From Phoronis australis (lineage: Eukaryota; Animalia; Phoronida), in NCBI GenBank assembly GCA_002633005.1, contig NMRA01000095.1, positions 657,362 to 721,361 on the forward strand: 64,000 nucleotides of DNA. The letters run 5' to 3'. The notes under the pieces are model-generated. The model was not told where the DNA came from. It saw only the letters and a program-made list of their open reading frames with translations, and did not search any database. The translations under genes were made by a program, and so were the position numbers. Shown piece after piece: positions 14,581-27,900 of this stretch (its first letter is position 1; each line of letters begins with the position of its first letter).

Positions 14581-15920
14581 TGATAGGAGTATAGTTATCA
14601 CATACAGTCATATATAGGTTTTGATTTTGAAAAGTTTCAATATCAAACAGCACACTTTCCATTGGGCGTGTTTTTGAAGAAATTGCAGACGAAAGCACGT
14701 GTGAAAATCAAAATACCATTGGAAATGACTCCTGCAACTCTGTTAACATTACTGGCATTTTTTCCACTTACAAAACTACTAGGAATAACACAAAAACTCA
14801 GTACCTGTGAACAAAGTATGAGACATGAAAGCATCTTTAAATATTTCTCACTCTGTAGCTCAGTTCAGCTCCACATTTGTTTTAGTTCATGTTTTAAGGG
14901 AGACATTTTGTTGTTATTCTTTAATATACACGAAAATACCTGGACTGAGTGGAGTTCATATCAGAAACATTCGTTGTCGCAAACTTGGTTGAAGCTTTTA
15001 AATTCAGCTTGATTTACTTGGCACTGCTTCGTATAGTTGTAATTGTCCATGTTGCTGGCTTAGCAAAATCTGATTTAGTTGTGAAGTTCCACTTTAAGAG
15101 TTAAAGCAGGTATGACCCACCTTTGATCACATACAACAACTTTTGATTTAGACCACTTATGGTAGTTTAGTGCTATGAAATTGGTCTGAAAATTTTCCAT
15201 AGTCAAATTGGAGAGGATTTCAAGACTTCAGAAGCACTGACAGTTCGTTATTCTTGAAATCGGCCGCTATATCTTGTCATGGTCCAGGCATGGTCCAGGC
15301 ATGGTCCAGGCATGGTCTCCAGTAAATATGTAAGTTCGTTGCATATGGAGAAATCATTACTGATCTGAGTAAGAAAGGTTAGTTGAGGCCAATTTTATAG
15401 CTCCTTTGACGGCTTTATAGCCACTTCAAATATTGGCAGAAATGTATCTTCAGTATCTCTGGTATTTTGGTAAAAAGCTCCAACTAGCACTTCCTATTAC
15501 TGTACTGTCAAAACAGCCGTCACTCAACTCTTGTTCTTTCTCTACCAAGACCCACATGAACCAAGGGTTCCAACATGCACTGTCACAACAGCCACCCCAC
15601 TGCATAAGCAAGGAGTAATTACTATTTCTGTCCATTGTTACAAGCATGTCACATGATTCTTGTGAATGGAGGAGAGCCAGATGTTGAGACATTGACCTGA
15701 CCTGAAAAATCACTCCTAGCCTCCAACCCACACACCCTCATCACCTGTTGATTGTTTAATTTTTAATGATGGTGTTTACAAACTAGCTTTTAAGTGATTT
15801 TATACACAGTTGTCTAAACTGCTACTGAACAAGCTGGACTACTAAAAGGCATGCGATAAAAATCTTGTTTCTGTTTAGTTACTTTCGCCTTTCTTGAAAG
15901 CAGGAAAATGATACACGGAG

Positions 15921-18900
15921 ATGGAAGCAGATCCTGGTAATGATTGATCCATACTGTGCCTCAGTAGGACTCTTTCAATTGTTATTTGATGTCATTTCAA
16001 ATCTGTCAATCACTGACTCTGACCTTTGATTCTGGTCTTTCCTGCCTGCCTTCCTCATAACCCAGCAATATAGGTCACGAGAATGGAATGCCTCTGCTGG
16101 AAGGAGTGATTTAGCCAGTTAGAGATTAGCCGATTGTCTGGCCCTTGAGTCTCTTCAGCTAGTGTTATTGATGATAAGTGTGATGGAGTGACTGATCAAC
16201 AGGTCTATACATTCTTGCTAGGGGCCTTGATAGTCATGTCACCTAGTTATGACAGTGTGAGGTGTGCAACAAGTGTTCTGGTACCATAAAATGTACTAAC
16301 ACTGAGATGCTAAGAGATGATGCACGACTACAATAAATTCTCATCAATATATGACGCGGAGACGTGAACTTTTAATTTCTCATTTTTTCATAAAAATATA
16401 TATGGCCAAAATGATGCTCTGTCATGTTCATGCTGTGCAACATTGCTGCCAACAGACAAGATATTGTGTGAGGGTGGCCCTTCATAACATTGTTGAAAGA
16501 TTTGGAAAAGTGAAAAAGGGGCAGTTTTGGCAATTCTTTTAGTTTTTGGTGATATTTTTGTTGGTAAAGTAAAATTAAGGAAGGTTTTTAAACCAGTAAT
16601 ATGTACAGGTTTGTGTTGACAAAACGTTTGTTTGCATGTTTTATGTCTGCTCTGCTTAGTGCGTTTAACTCACAACTGAAGTTGAAAAATTGACTTTTGT
16701 TTTTTTTGAAGACTGTTTGTGTTCCGTCACGTGTTTGTGGTAGTCATTTAGCATATTATGAGCGAACTTACACGGTTTCTGTCCAGTTTTGTGACTTCCA
16801 CGATACCACGCCTGATGGTTTGAAAACGAATTGTAAACTTATAGCCATGTTATAATAAGCGTAACTTTCTTGACATTATTCTTTTGTTAGAGATTGAGAA
16901 TAAGAAATTAATCTTCTTCCACTCGCCATTTTTGTGTTCCAAACTGGATAGTCTTTCGATTAGTGTTGGCGCACATGTGTACAACAAGTTTGAACTTTCC
17001 GTTCTTGTCTACCACTGACATGCATTGTCATTGTGTTTTCCAGAAACAAGTCCATACGATGGCCTGAGGTCAATGTTCGAGTTGCCATTTCTTATGCAGT
17101 TCATCTCCTTACATCAAGAAAAGTTCAGCTTTCCCAAGATTTCAATCAGTGAATTTGAAGAGTGCCTCTGTGATCCCAATAGTGCCGTTATCCCGGATAT
17201 TATTGCTAGACTTCTACGCTATTTCACTGGAAACAGTTCTATCTTGTAAGTAGGGTGTTATCACTCGTTCTTATAAAATGTTTATCTGGTTTGAGATTTG
17301 TTGGGTGTGGAGCCGACTAGGTTTTCAATCTCACGTGTCATGTTCTATTTGCAATCGTCCAATCGAGAGAAACGTATCATTAAAAGCGATTTCATACTGA
17401 GTTAACTCTGGTATGAGTGGAGCGTCAGTGTAAACTGTGAAGTTACTTTATTTGGTAATTAACGTCATCAAAGTAAATACAAGGTAGCGCTGATATATCC
17501 CGTGCATGCTAACATTTTTTAATTTGACAATTTGAGAACATTTTCGTGTGCTAATTGACACTAAACCTATTTCTAACTCAATTGGTGATTATTTGAACAA
17601 AATATAAGCAACTATTAAAGATGACACTGCCCTTTAATTGATGACGATACTAGCGGCCCCTAGCGATAACTTCAATGAGACTGATGTGGACCGATGCTCT
17701 GCTGTGAAATCCACCTGTTTACTGCCAAGTAAACTGGCACTGTTAACTTCGATCCAGGACCAAAGTTAACCATTCATACTGACCGCAACTCCCCAAAACT
17801 TTGACGTGTTGACATTAATATGAACGGGCCTTAAGAACCTAGACTGCATATGTGCATGTGAGGGTAAATGTCCTTGTGAGGGTGAATCTCCTTCAGTTTC
17901 TTCCAAAAATGAATGCCAGTATCCATTTTCCAAAAGCTTATGACGCTGCTAGAAATTCGTGAAAGTTATACATGGCGAGTTGTTTGATAAGCATGCCATG
18001 CAATACAAGTCAAGCAATAAACGTATTGCTATAAGTATCTGTATCCAAAAATGTGACTAAATTGTACTTTTCCATCACGTGGCGTCTTGAGTTGAAGAAT
18101 CTGTCGTTAATGCTTTCTGTGATCGCGTGACAGGGGAGGTAATGTGCTTCCTGTTTTTTAATATCTTGTAATGTTTTATATGTGATTAGCGATATAACTG
18201 GGGAGAATAAGCAGATGATGTGAACAGACCTTATAAGTAGTCGCTGCACTTGAAGATGTTTGATACGGATGAAATGACAGAAAAGTGTTATTTTTGTGCG
18301 AAATAAGTGTCGAGTTGCCGTCTTCTTTTTTGGTTAAGTGTAAAGCTGACTTAGTCCTCAAGTGTAAAGCGTACTTAGTATTTATCTCATGCATACGTAC
18401 GATAAAAATTCTTCAGTTTCGGACACAATATGGAGAACAGGTGAAATTTTATTTTGGTAAATATTTGGACAAAACTAAGGTTTTAGGAAAATTTACTTCA
18501 CTTCTGAAAAATAAAAATATGAAAGTTTTAGCAATTGTTTTTGTCCTAAATTGAAGACCTTTTGCTGTAGTAGTACATAAATGCACTTTGGTTGATATGG
18601 GCTTCACTGTATTATATCACCTTGAGCTATATATGTTGAGAGAAACGATCTGTTGTTATCTCCCCCTGATGCCCCTGGCTATGCAGAGTCACACTGTGAA
18701 AGTCTATCAAAATGCATGTTCAATCTACTTGCTTTGGCGCCAAGGAAATATTTGTAATTAAAAACATTTTCAAAAGTATATGAAACGTTTTTCGTTTTGA
18801 CTGAGTCTCCCCTTCGTCCATAAAGATTTTTTTCCAAATACTGTATGTCAAGTGTCGTCTTCTGATAGACGATTCAATCGACGTTTTAGGAAAACATTAA

Positions 18901-21900
18901 AGCGAGCATTTATTGCTAACCCTTATGTTTTGTACAGCTATTGAAATTTCGTCAATCATACTCAATTTAGTAGTTCAATGTTTGTTCTGTAAAATCTCAC
19001 CAATTTAGGACACAATATGGCCTCCAAGTGAAATTTTATTCACGTGACGTTACTCCATAAAAGTTATGTGACACCAAATTAACGCTTGTTAAACTTCAAA
19101 ATCTATACTGTAGCTACCATTAAATGGTTTTTAAAATGTGGCCATTTGCAACAATGTTTGAATCATTTGAGAAATGAGAAAAGAGAAGTTTTGTGCGAAT
19201 CTACCAAAAGCCCCTGCAACATCGTTATGTTTTCATTTCAGAATAAACAGTTTTGAGTCCAGCCTGTGCCAGTTGTTAAACGACAAGCAGAGGGACTTCA
19301 ACCCACTGAATTCTGGGAAATTTGCTGATTTATCTCCTGAAGAAAAGGTAGTGTACAGTTAACCCCCATGATTTTTTATTTACTTATTATTTTCTGATGA
19401 CTGTTAATGCCGTGCAACTGATACAGAGGCGACAATGGTACTTCATGGAAAGTGTTGAAGTTGCCCATATCTATCATTCATGTTCATTACAAAGAGCTTC
19501 CCTATGCCAGCATATGCTTACATTGAATGTCTTCTATTTGGGAGGCTGTGCAAGCTAAACTTAGTGGTACTTTGTTGGTATGATAACATTACCATCAGCC
19601 GGGGCTCCTCCAAGACAACTAACTTTTGAGTTGAGCTACTGGTCTGTACTTGTTCCTTACCCAGATCAGAAGTGATTTCTGGGTTTGAGAAGAACTGGCA
19701 GTCCATTAGTCCACCAAGTGCCATTATATTGGTTCACCATGTGCCAGTATATTGGTCCACCTTGTGCCAATATATTGGTCCATGAAGTGCCAGTGTATTG
19801 GTCCACCATGTGCCAGTATATTGGCCCACCATTTGCCAGTTTATTGATCCACCGTATGCCAGTATATTGGTCCACTGTGTGCCAGTATAATGGTCCATTG
19901 TGTGCCAGTATATTGGTCCACTGTGTGCCAGTATATTGGTCCACCATGTGCCAGTATATTGGTCCACCATGTGCCAGTGTACTGAGTCAAGGCTCCAGCA
20001 GTAAGGAACTATTAGTTTTTCCCAAGCGTAGAAATCACTTCTAATTTGAGCAAGGAACAGTTTCGTTGTGGTAAGCTTTTTCAAATGGAAAGTTTCTTTT
20101 CATAGTTAAACTGTAGCTTAAAGCAGCATTTGATATAAAGTTTTTAGCATTTGCAACAGTGTACTGAATCTGTGTATACAGAAAAAAGTTTTAGTCAAGA
20201 GTAGAAGTGTCTCTTCATGCCACCAGGTGTCAGTAGGGGCATTGGTACCATGTGACAATAATGTAATAATGTTTCCTGGAATTCTCCAGTTGGTGAACTC
20301 TAATGCTCAATCTCTTAATGTTTGACCCGAGATGTACTTTTGCAAAGGCCAGGTAGTCAATAATACATCACTGCCAAGCGTGACGTGAGCACAAGTACTC
20401 TAGCTATTAAGCTTGATCTATATGTTGGATGACAAATGATAAGCGTGTTAAGCTGCCAATGTCACAAAGATGAAGTGGGCAATGTTGTAGAGAGTCCTTG
20501 CAATTCATCCCTGTTACTGTGCAGAGTCATTTCTGTCCAGTGGGTGGGGACACAGAGGCAGGCGTCTTGTGTTATCCAGCTGGTGGGGACACAGAGGGAG
20601 GCAACTATGTTGTCTAGTTGGTGGGGACACAGAGGCAGGCGTCTATGTTGTTTAGTGGGTGGGGACACAGAGGCAGGCGTCTATGTTATCCAGTGGGTGG
20701 GGACACAGAGGCAGGCGTCCATGACAATGAGTTCAAAAGGTCATGCATTCTCTTTATGCGCCCACGTATATACATGTATGGGTGCATCATTTGCTTTCGT
20801 TTGCCATTATATAAGAAGCCGTTGTTCCGATAAACTGACATTTTGCCTCATCATGTAATGACGTTATTGAGAAAACATTAATGATGCGGAGTTTAGGCTC
20901 TGTGCTTGAAACTAGACTAAAAAATTGACCAATGGCATGGCACACTTTTGGAAAACTTACAAATTTGTTCTCGAATCATGCAGTCTGATAAGTGTAATTT
21001 CGTGTCTGAGTAAAGTCAGCGAGTTCAGCAATAAAATCCTGGTTCTAGTGGTTGGTTGCATAAACCTACGCAAGTTGTTTGTTATATATATTGGATTGTT
21101 TCATGACGTCAAACACATTGCATTGTTCAGCAATAACAAGGTGATGTGTGGTAATGCTATGTTTGACATCTAACGTAGAATGTTAATGTAACTGGATCTA
21201 GGTTATATTATTAAAGTGTTAATTACATTACCACACTACTCTGTACTTGGTGTGTGAGTGGTTTACGTGTGTACTGTTGTAAAAAATATGAACTTAAGAA
21301 AAGGACGTATTTCCTTCTTGGGCATTTCAGGAATTTTAGATAATTTGCACAAGTTTGTCAACAACATAATGTTCTCAGTTCATTCAAATTTACTGAAATG
21401 ACCACAAATTTACTGTCATAAGTGTGAATTTACTAAAATGACTACAAATTTACTGAAATGACTACAAATTGACTGAAATGACTATAATTTTATTGAAATG
21501 ACAACAAGTTGACTGAAATGACTACAGATTTACTGAAATGACTACAAATTTACTGAAATGACAAAAAATTTACTGAAATGACTATAAATTTTCTGAAATG
21601 ACTACAAATTTACTGAAATGACTATAAATTTGCCGAAATGACTGCAAATTTATCGAAATGGCTACAAGTTTCAGGAAAGATGCTTTAGTGTTGCAGAAAA
21701 TGGTAGCAATTTTTGTTATTTTCAGTGAAAGAGTTAAAAGCAAATAATTATTTTATTTTTTTATTGTAACTGTGCAGTGTCCAAGGATTTTGCTTGGACT
21801 AACAGTTCAGTGCAATGTCATGTTTTCCACTCTGCCTCATGTGACAACACAATAAAAGACCTATCATGTAAATCTGCGAGAGATCAGATGATTTACAAGC

Positions 21901-24900
21901 CAATATGTAGGTTAATTTCATAAAGCAATCACTGTATTTTTGCATGATTGAGCACGTGGACATACCGTCTGCCATTCAGACTTACCAGTGAAAAGTTCAG
22001 TCTTAGTTTCATACCATTGACACAATCACCTTTCTCACTTACATTGAATGAATTCACCTCTTTTCCATTCGTTTCATCTGCTGCTAGTGCACAAACGATA
22101 CTCTTAAATCGCATTGAAACAGGCAGACTTGTGACATATCAAAGTTTGATTTCATGGAAGCGAGGTTTTTTGGACTTTTAAAGCCATTCCGTATTATCTT
22201 GAGCATTGTTGGCAATTCATGTGGAAATCTCACACTAGCCGTGATTGAAAGCATTATTGATTATTTTCCTGTTTCTATTTTTTTCAGCTTCAGTTGCTCA
22301 AATGGTTAGTCGATCTAATTTGTGAAAGCCGGGACGATGATCTCAATGAGTTTCTCAACGACTCCTTCGACCCGGAGAGCATGGTTTGTACATCACTGTT
22401 CTGTAAGGGGGCTCATGAACATTCACAATGTCTTAAAAGTCTTCCTTGGTTGTAGTAACAAAATCATTTTCGTTGGGCATCTTTACGCTAGCGCGTGCGA
22501 GTAAGCCGCAACGAACATTGTAGAATTAGATCAGGAAGCCTGGCTGGTGAAAAATATTCCTACAAAATTGTCTGGTATTTCCTTTTAAGGCCTTCGAGCT
22601 GGGAGAGCCCAGCTGTCAGAAATAAAGATGACTACATTCCTTGAAAAAAAAAAAACATAAGTCTTGATTTTTGATAGGGAATCTCTTGGTCTAAAAGTCC
22701 TTAAAAATGAAAATCCCAGACATGCATTTGTTGCTAATAGAATAACTAAACAAAATTTGTAATTAATGTTTGCGAAAATGTGGCAATCTCTGTGAAAAAT
22801 CATGATTTGTGAGAAAAAACGCAATCTCGTGGTTTCTAATATCAGGACATTGTTTCCATGCACATAACAAAATTCTGTGATCATTTTAAAAAGATTGTAA
22901 AAATATTGTTTTATGTACTTCTTAAAATACTTTAAAAACATTATTTAAGAAATTGGTTCCCTGTTAACTGAGTTTGCCTGTTACCTTGGCATTGTACAAC
23001 GTCACTGGGAACTAGCAAAAGTGCCTTTAAGAGTGAATGGGCTATTTCAAAAGTAAATTTTCAGTTATTACAACAGTTTTAATTCTTTGCACCAATGTGT
23101 GTTTTACAGCGTGCCGTGAATGTCGGCCAAGATGCGTTTAATAACACTTACTGGTACTTTGATGGTGAGTTAACTCTTTGTTTATTGTAAAATTTGTTCA
23201 ATTTGTGACAAAATGTAGTTGCTCTAATTGTCGTTTTTCTCTCCATTTTTCATAAGCTTATTTCTCATCAGCAATTGATGAAAATTTGACCAATTGTTGT
23301 TTGATGAGTGTTGTGCAGCATTAAGCGTGTTAGCGATGAAGTGAAACGTTTTCACGTTATTGTTTTCGTTGGGAAATTTGATAAAATGAAATTCCAGTTT
23401 TCTGCCATATTTCGCCTTAAAATAAAGAAGTTTGTTTCACTTTGTAAACAGTTACAGATGTTAGTAATGAGTGACTCTGGCGAGGGTTCAAAGAAATATG
23501 TTTATGTTTCTTTTAGTAGTGCACTTGTTTACCTGTACATGGTTAACGAGGGAAGGGGTGAGGAGTACATGTGAAAGAGTGTGTAGATAGATACATGGCA
23601 CAAATTAGGTTTGGAATCTTTACTGACTAGTCATTGAGAAGACCGGCTGCTTTGACAAAGGCTTTTTTGTTGACTACTCTGAGGCATTCGACCCAGTTTG
23701 GGAGAGGGGGTGCTTCTAGAGATTTGCAGTATGTACATAGTTGTCAGTATTGCCTGACAAATTTTACCCCACCAAAATGTAATCTGCTTCGTCACAAATG
23801 GACTCTTAAACTTTTTTTTACTGAATTATGTGAGGACCTTTACATGGGTCAGCAGTGCTTGCGGTTGTAGGAAACTGAAACCTCAGATGTAGTTTCATTT
23901 CATTCAAAATTCATATCCAATGTGCAGGTTATTTTTTTTTTTTTTTTTTTTTCTAGCATGGATATTTACAATTTACACGACACAATAAACANNNNNNNNN
24001 NNNNNNNNNNNNNNNNNNNNNNNNNNNNNNNNNNNNNNNNNNNNNNNNNNNNCCCCCCCCCCCCCCAACTTACTCTTAGTAGGATGTTGTTAGGCAAAAG
24101 TTATGGTTAACCAGTTTCTCCAGGTTGCATGGTATTCATCTAAATTACCATTATTTAATAAAATCCTTCTTTGAATATAAAATTCTCTTTCTAATATCTT
24201 AAGGAACTGACAGAAAACTGGGGATTACTTTTTTACACCTGGATAGGTAAATAAAATGTGCAGGTTATTGTTATCATTTCCATATAAAGACACTTTTTTT
24301 TTCTATTGTTTGTACATGTTTTCCAACCACTATGGATAACCTGGAAATGACAAATTTAGTTTCCATATTTTAAAAACACGAAATTTGTGAAAATTTTCAT
24401 AAAATGGGTACAAGTACCCCTCATTTTGTGAGTCTTATCGCCTATCCTTGCGTTTAATTATGTCAGGCAATTTTAGTTAGCAAAATAACTGTCTGTTTAC
24501 ATTTTGTGGGAAACCAACTCATGAGAAATGGCAGTTATATCTTAAGTAACTTAATATATAAAACTTAAATCATTGAAAAGGAAAACAACTATAAATTGGA
24601 TCCATGTGGAGGTTTTTGGAAATTTCAAATATTAATGAATCCATTTTGAGAGAGAATGATTGCCTCATTTTGTTCTGTGGATAGTGTTTAGTGAAGGAGT
24701 GTTGTTCATAACTATCTTGTCCCCCCAACTGTTGCATCTATTCCATCATTTATTGCTCCACCTGTTGACAGGTGTTTGAGACGCGAGATGATTAAAGTAG
24801 GTGTGCTGACTTCATTAATAAGACTACACCTCGTAGCCTTCTCATCTTCTGTTACACAGCGCTGGTGCTTTGTGTACTTGAGGAATTCATTTCACCGCTC

Positions 24901-27900
24901 TATTGATTGCAGAAATTAATTTTAGCTTTCCAACAAACACACCGTTCAATGGCAAAACTTGACAATCGGTTCAGTTCCTGTTAGGCACTCTCTCGACTTT
25001 CTTTTCCAAATATTTACTCTACACTCCTCAAAGGAGGTATTTATAAGACTACCAGAGAGTTTGTTTTTGCCTGTTTTAATAACAACAGCAATTGATTCTA
25101 ACGCTTGTGTTTTATGACTATTTGTTCAGATCAACGATTATACAAAGAGAACAGTAAAAAAGCCGGCAAGAGGGAGTGGGAGTGTGTCTGCCTGTCACTG
25201 AAGGACTGGAGGACATTATTGAAACAGTTTCGCAAGACTACAAACGAGCAGGAGAAGGAACTGTTTGACTATCTAAACAATCAGCTATTTCCATTGGTCG
25301 AGATCCAGTTGGAGGTAGGCTTGTCTGCAACTCTATGCTCTCCGTCAAGCAAACGTTTGATGCAGAATGTTGGCAGTTTGCCAATCTAGGGACCCTTTGT
25401 GTCAACAGGTGTTGACTCCCCCATCAATGCAATTATTGAAAACAAGAAATGTTTGCTTGGCGTATTTCTGAACTAAAATAATTTTTTCTGGCGAATGTGA
25501 CAACAGAAGCTAAAACATCGCCACGGAAACGTATCCCAACATAATAGTGATATTTGTTGTGAGACGTGGTTATGACTGATCTGACCTTGTTTCCAGAATC
25601 AAGAGAAGGCTCTATTGGAGTGTTCGCCTGGCTCGCACAACACTGAGTTGAGCCAGGACGTACTGACTGCCCGCGAGGCCAGGCAGTTACAAACTATGGT
25701 CAAGCTTGAAAATATGTCCGCAGGCAGTAAAGACAGTGAAGTCAAGACGGAACAACCCGCTGTAGTCAAGACTGAAGAGAAAAAGAATAACAATGCAAAG
25801 AGTGAGTATGTTGGTGGTCAGGTTGTGGGGTCAGAGGTCAAGGGTTAGAAGTTAGGGGGTTTGGGCATTGATGTGTCCATCTGCAGGAGACTTGATAGTG
25901 GCAGATTCAGAAGTGGAAGTAAGGGTCTATGGCCTCCGATGAAATTGTCTTGATTTTAGTCAGTGGTCATGTTTAAGATTCAAAAAATCAACATGTGAGG
26001 GTTACTGGAGCTCCCTCTGTAGTATGAAGTATAAGTTTCAAGACTGCTCTAATTATAACTATTAAGTGGGTACAGTAAAATAACTAAAAAAGGCGTTCAT
26101 TAATGTTGCTAAAATCTGAATATAGTGTAAAAATCGTGGATTACTCTCCGACTGTTATACTTAACCATTGAAGTAAATACAATGTCATACTTTACCATTG
26201 GAGTAAATACAATATATTATACTTTACCATTGGAGTAAATACAATATGTTATACTTTACCACTGGAGTATTTACTAAATACAATATTTTATACTTTACCA
26301 CTGGAGTATTTACTAAATACAATATGTTATACTTTACCATTGGGGTAAATACAATATGTTATACTTTACCATTGGAGTAAATACAATATGTCAATGATCA
26401 CTTATTTCTCATTATAGCAATTTCAGTGACTTTAGTGTGCTTTGTTTTATAGTGTTTGTTTTATTAAATGTTGATTTACGTGGCAGACACATTGTTCTTT
26501 CATCTGCCAGGTGTTTCCAGCACTCTGTTATTATATTAGGACATAAATGTGATAAAACATATCAGGGTAGTATTCTGTTGTTCGGTAATTCCTAGAATGG
26601 TTTCAGCTGTTTGTTATTTCTAGACAACAAATCAAACTTTGTAAAATCTGAAACGGATGTGACTAGCAGTCTGACTTGGATGACATTGGTAATTTTTTAT
26701 TGATTTAACAAAAAATTGTACATAGGCACCCGTCATGCTAATTTGTATAGCAAAACATGCCATTAGACATTTAATGCCAAGTGTATGAACGGTACATGAA
26801 CAGTGCACGTATGGTAAGCATGACTATTTCAGCAGTGAAGCCTTTGTATCAATGAATCATTGGAAGAATAGCAGTAATTATAGACAGGTTTCTTAGTTTT
26901 ATTTCTAATGCATTATGCAGTAGTATGCGAGTGCATGGGGCATCTGAATATTATGCGAGTGCATAGCACAACTGAAGAATGCTTACTATTTTCACACTTG
27001 TATTTGTTTCTGAGACTGCGTTCAGTGAAGGGTGAAGTGAAGTTTGGGTTGGTTTCAAACCCAGGGGTCCTCCACTGGGTTGTCCGTAGGATGAGCCACT
27101 TATTAGAGTCTCTAATGAGGGAAATAGTCTGGTCGAGTACTGCCCGAGTTAGAAAAGAATGAGCCTATCACTGTACGCTGTCTTCTTTGTTGCACTAAAT
27201 GTTATCCTTCTCTGTCTTGCATTAACCAGTTGTCTTTGCTTTGTTTTTGTCCACTCAGCTGAACTTGAGGCTCTGTTAGACTCTGACACTAACCAGGAGC
27301 CATCTGCAGGTAAGAGGGCTTCGTCTTTTTTATGTGCACTCACCTGCCTTATGGTCTTACTTGTTTTCACTTGAATATTGGTGGCCAAAAAACTAGTGAT
27401 CTGATTCATCTTACTTTCACGTGCCAAAACCTTTTAGAATCATTCCCAACAGATGTCCTGACGCTATTTAACTCTGACAATATGCAGTGCACCACAAGGG
27501 TTTCAAACTTGACACAATTGCCCAAAATAACATAGTCATCTTGCGCAATGAGATTCAAATATATGGTCTTGAACAATATGATTTGAGCTTGAATAATTAC
27601 TAAGCCACGCTTCTGCAAGAAAAATGTCACAGACTCCTCTCGAATTTTCATGTCTAAACAGGCATATGTCATGCCATCTAGTGTTTAGGAAAAGAAACAA
27701 CCAGAGGTCGTAATCATAGAAATGCCTACATCTAGTTAGTCACATGGGTTCCTGATGAAGTGTTTTCTCCTCTCAATCTATTCAGATGTTGAAAAGAGGA
27801 GCTCTTCTTCAGCTCGGTGAATATCGAATCCCCTTTTCAATTTTTGAGACATATCATGCACTGTGTCACCTTAATTTTTTGGTGATGGAATATGTGCTTA

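Noticed and set aside
23992-24052. Gap as the cause of an artefactual DDT-BCL9 fusion
   Set aside because: The gap lies between two exons of the same WHIM2 motif (YWYFD|DQRLYKE), which join in correct phase. The DDT-to-BCL9 junction (25314-25597) is in contiguous sequence.
27786-27816. Possible constitutive micro-exon (DVEKRSSSSA)
   Set aside because: Ends in phase 2, incompatible with the acceptors at 28099 or 28101. Exon 27259-27309 already joins 28099 in frame.
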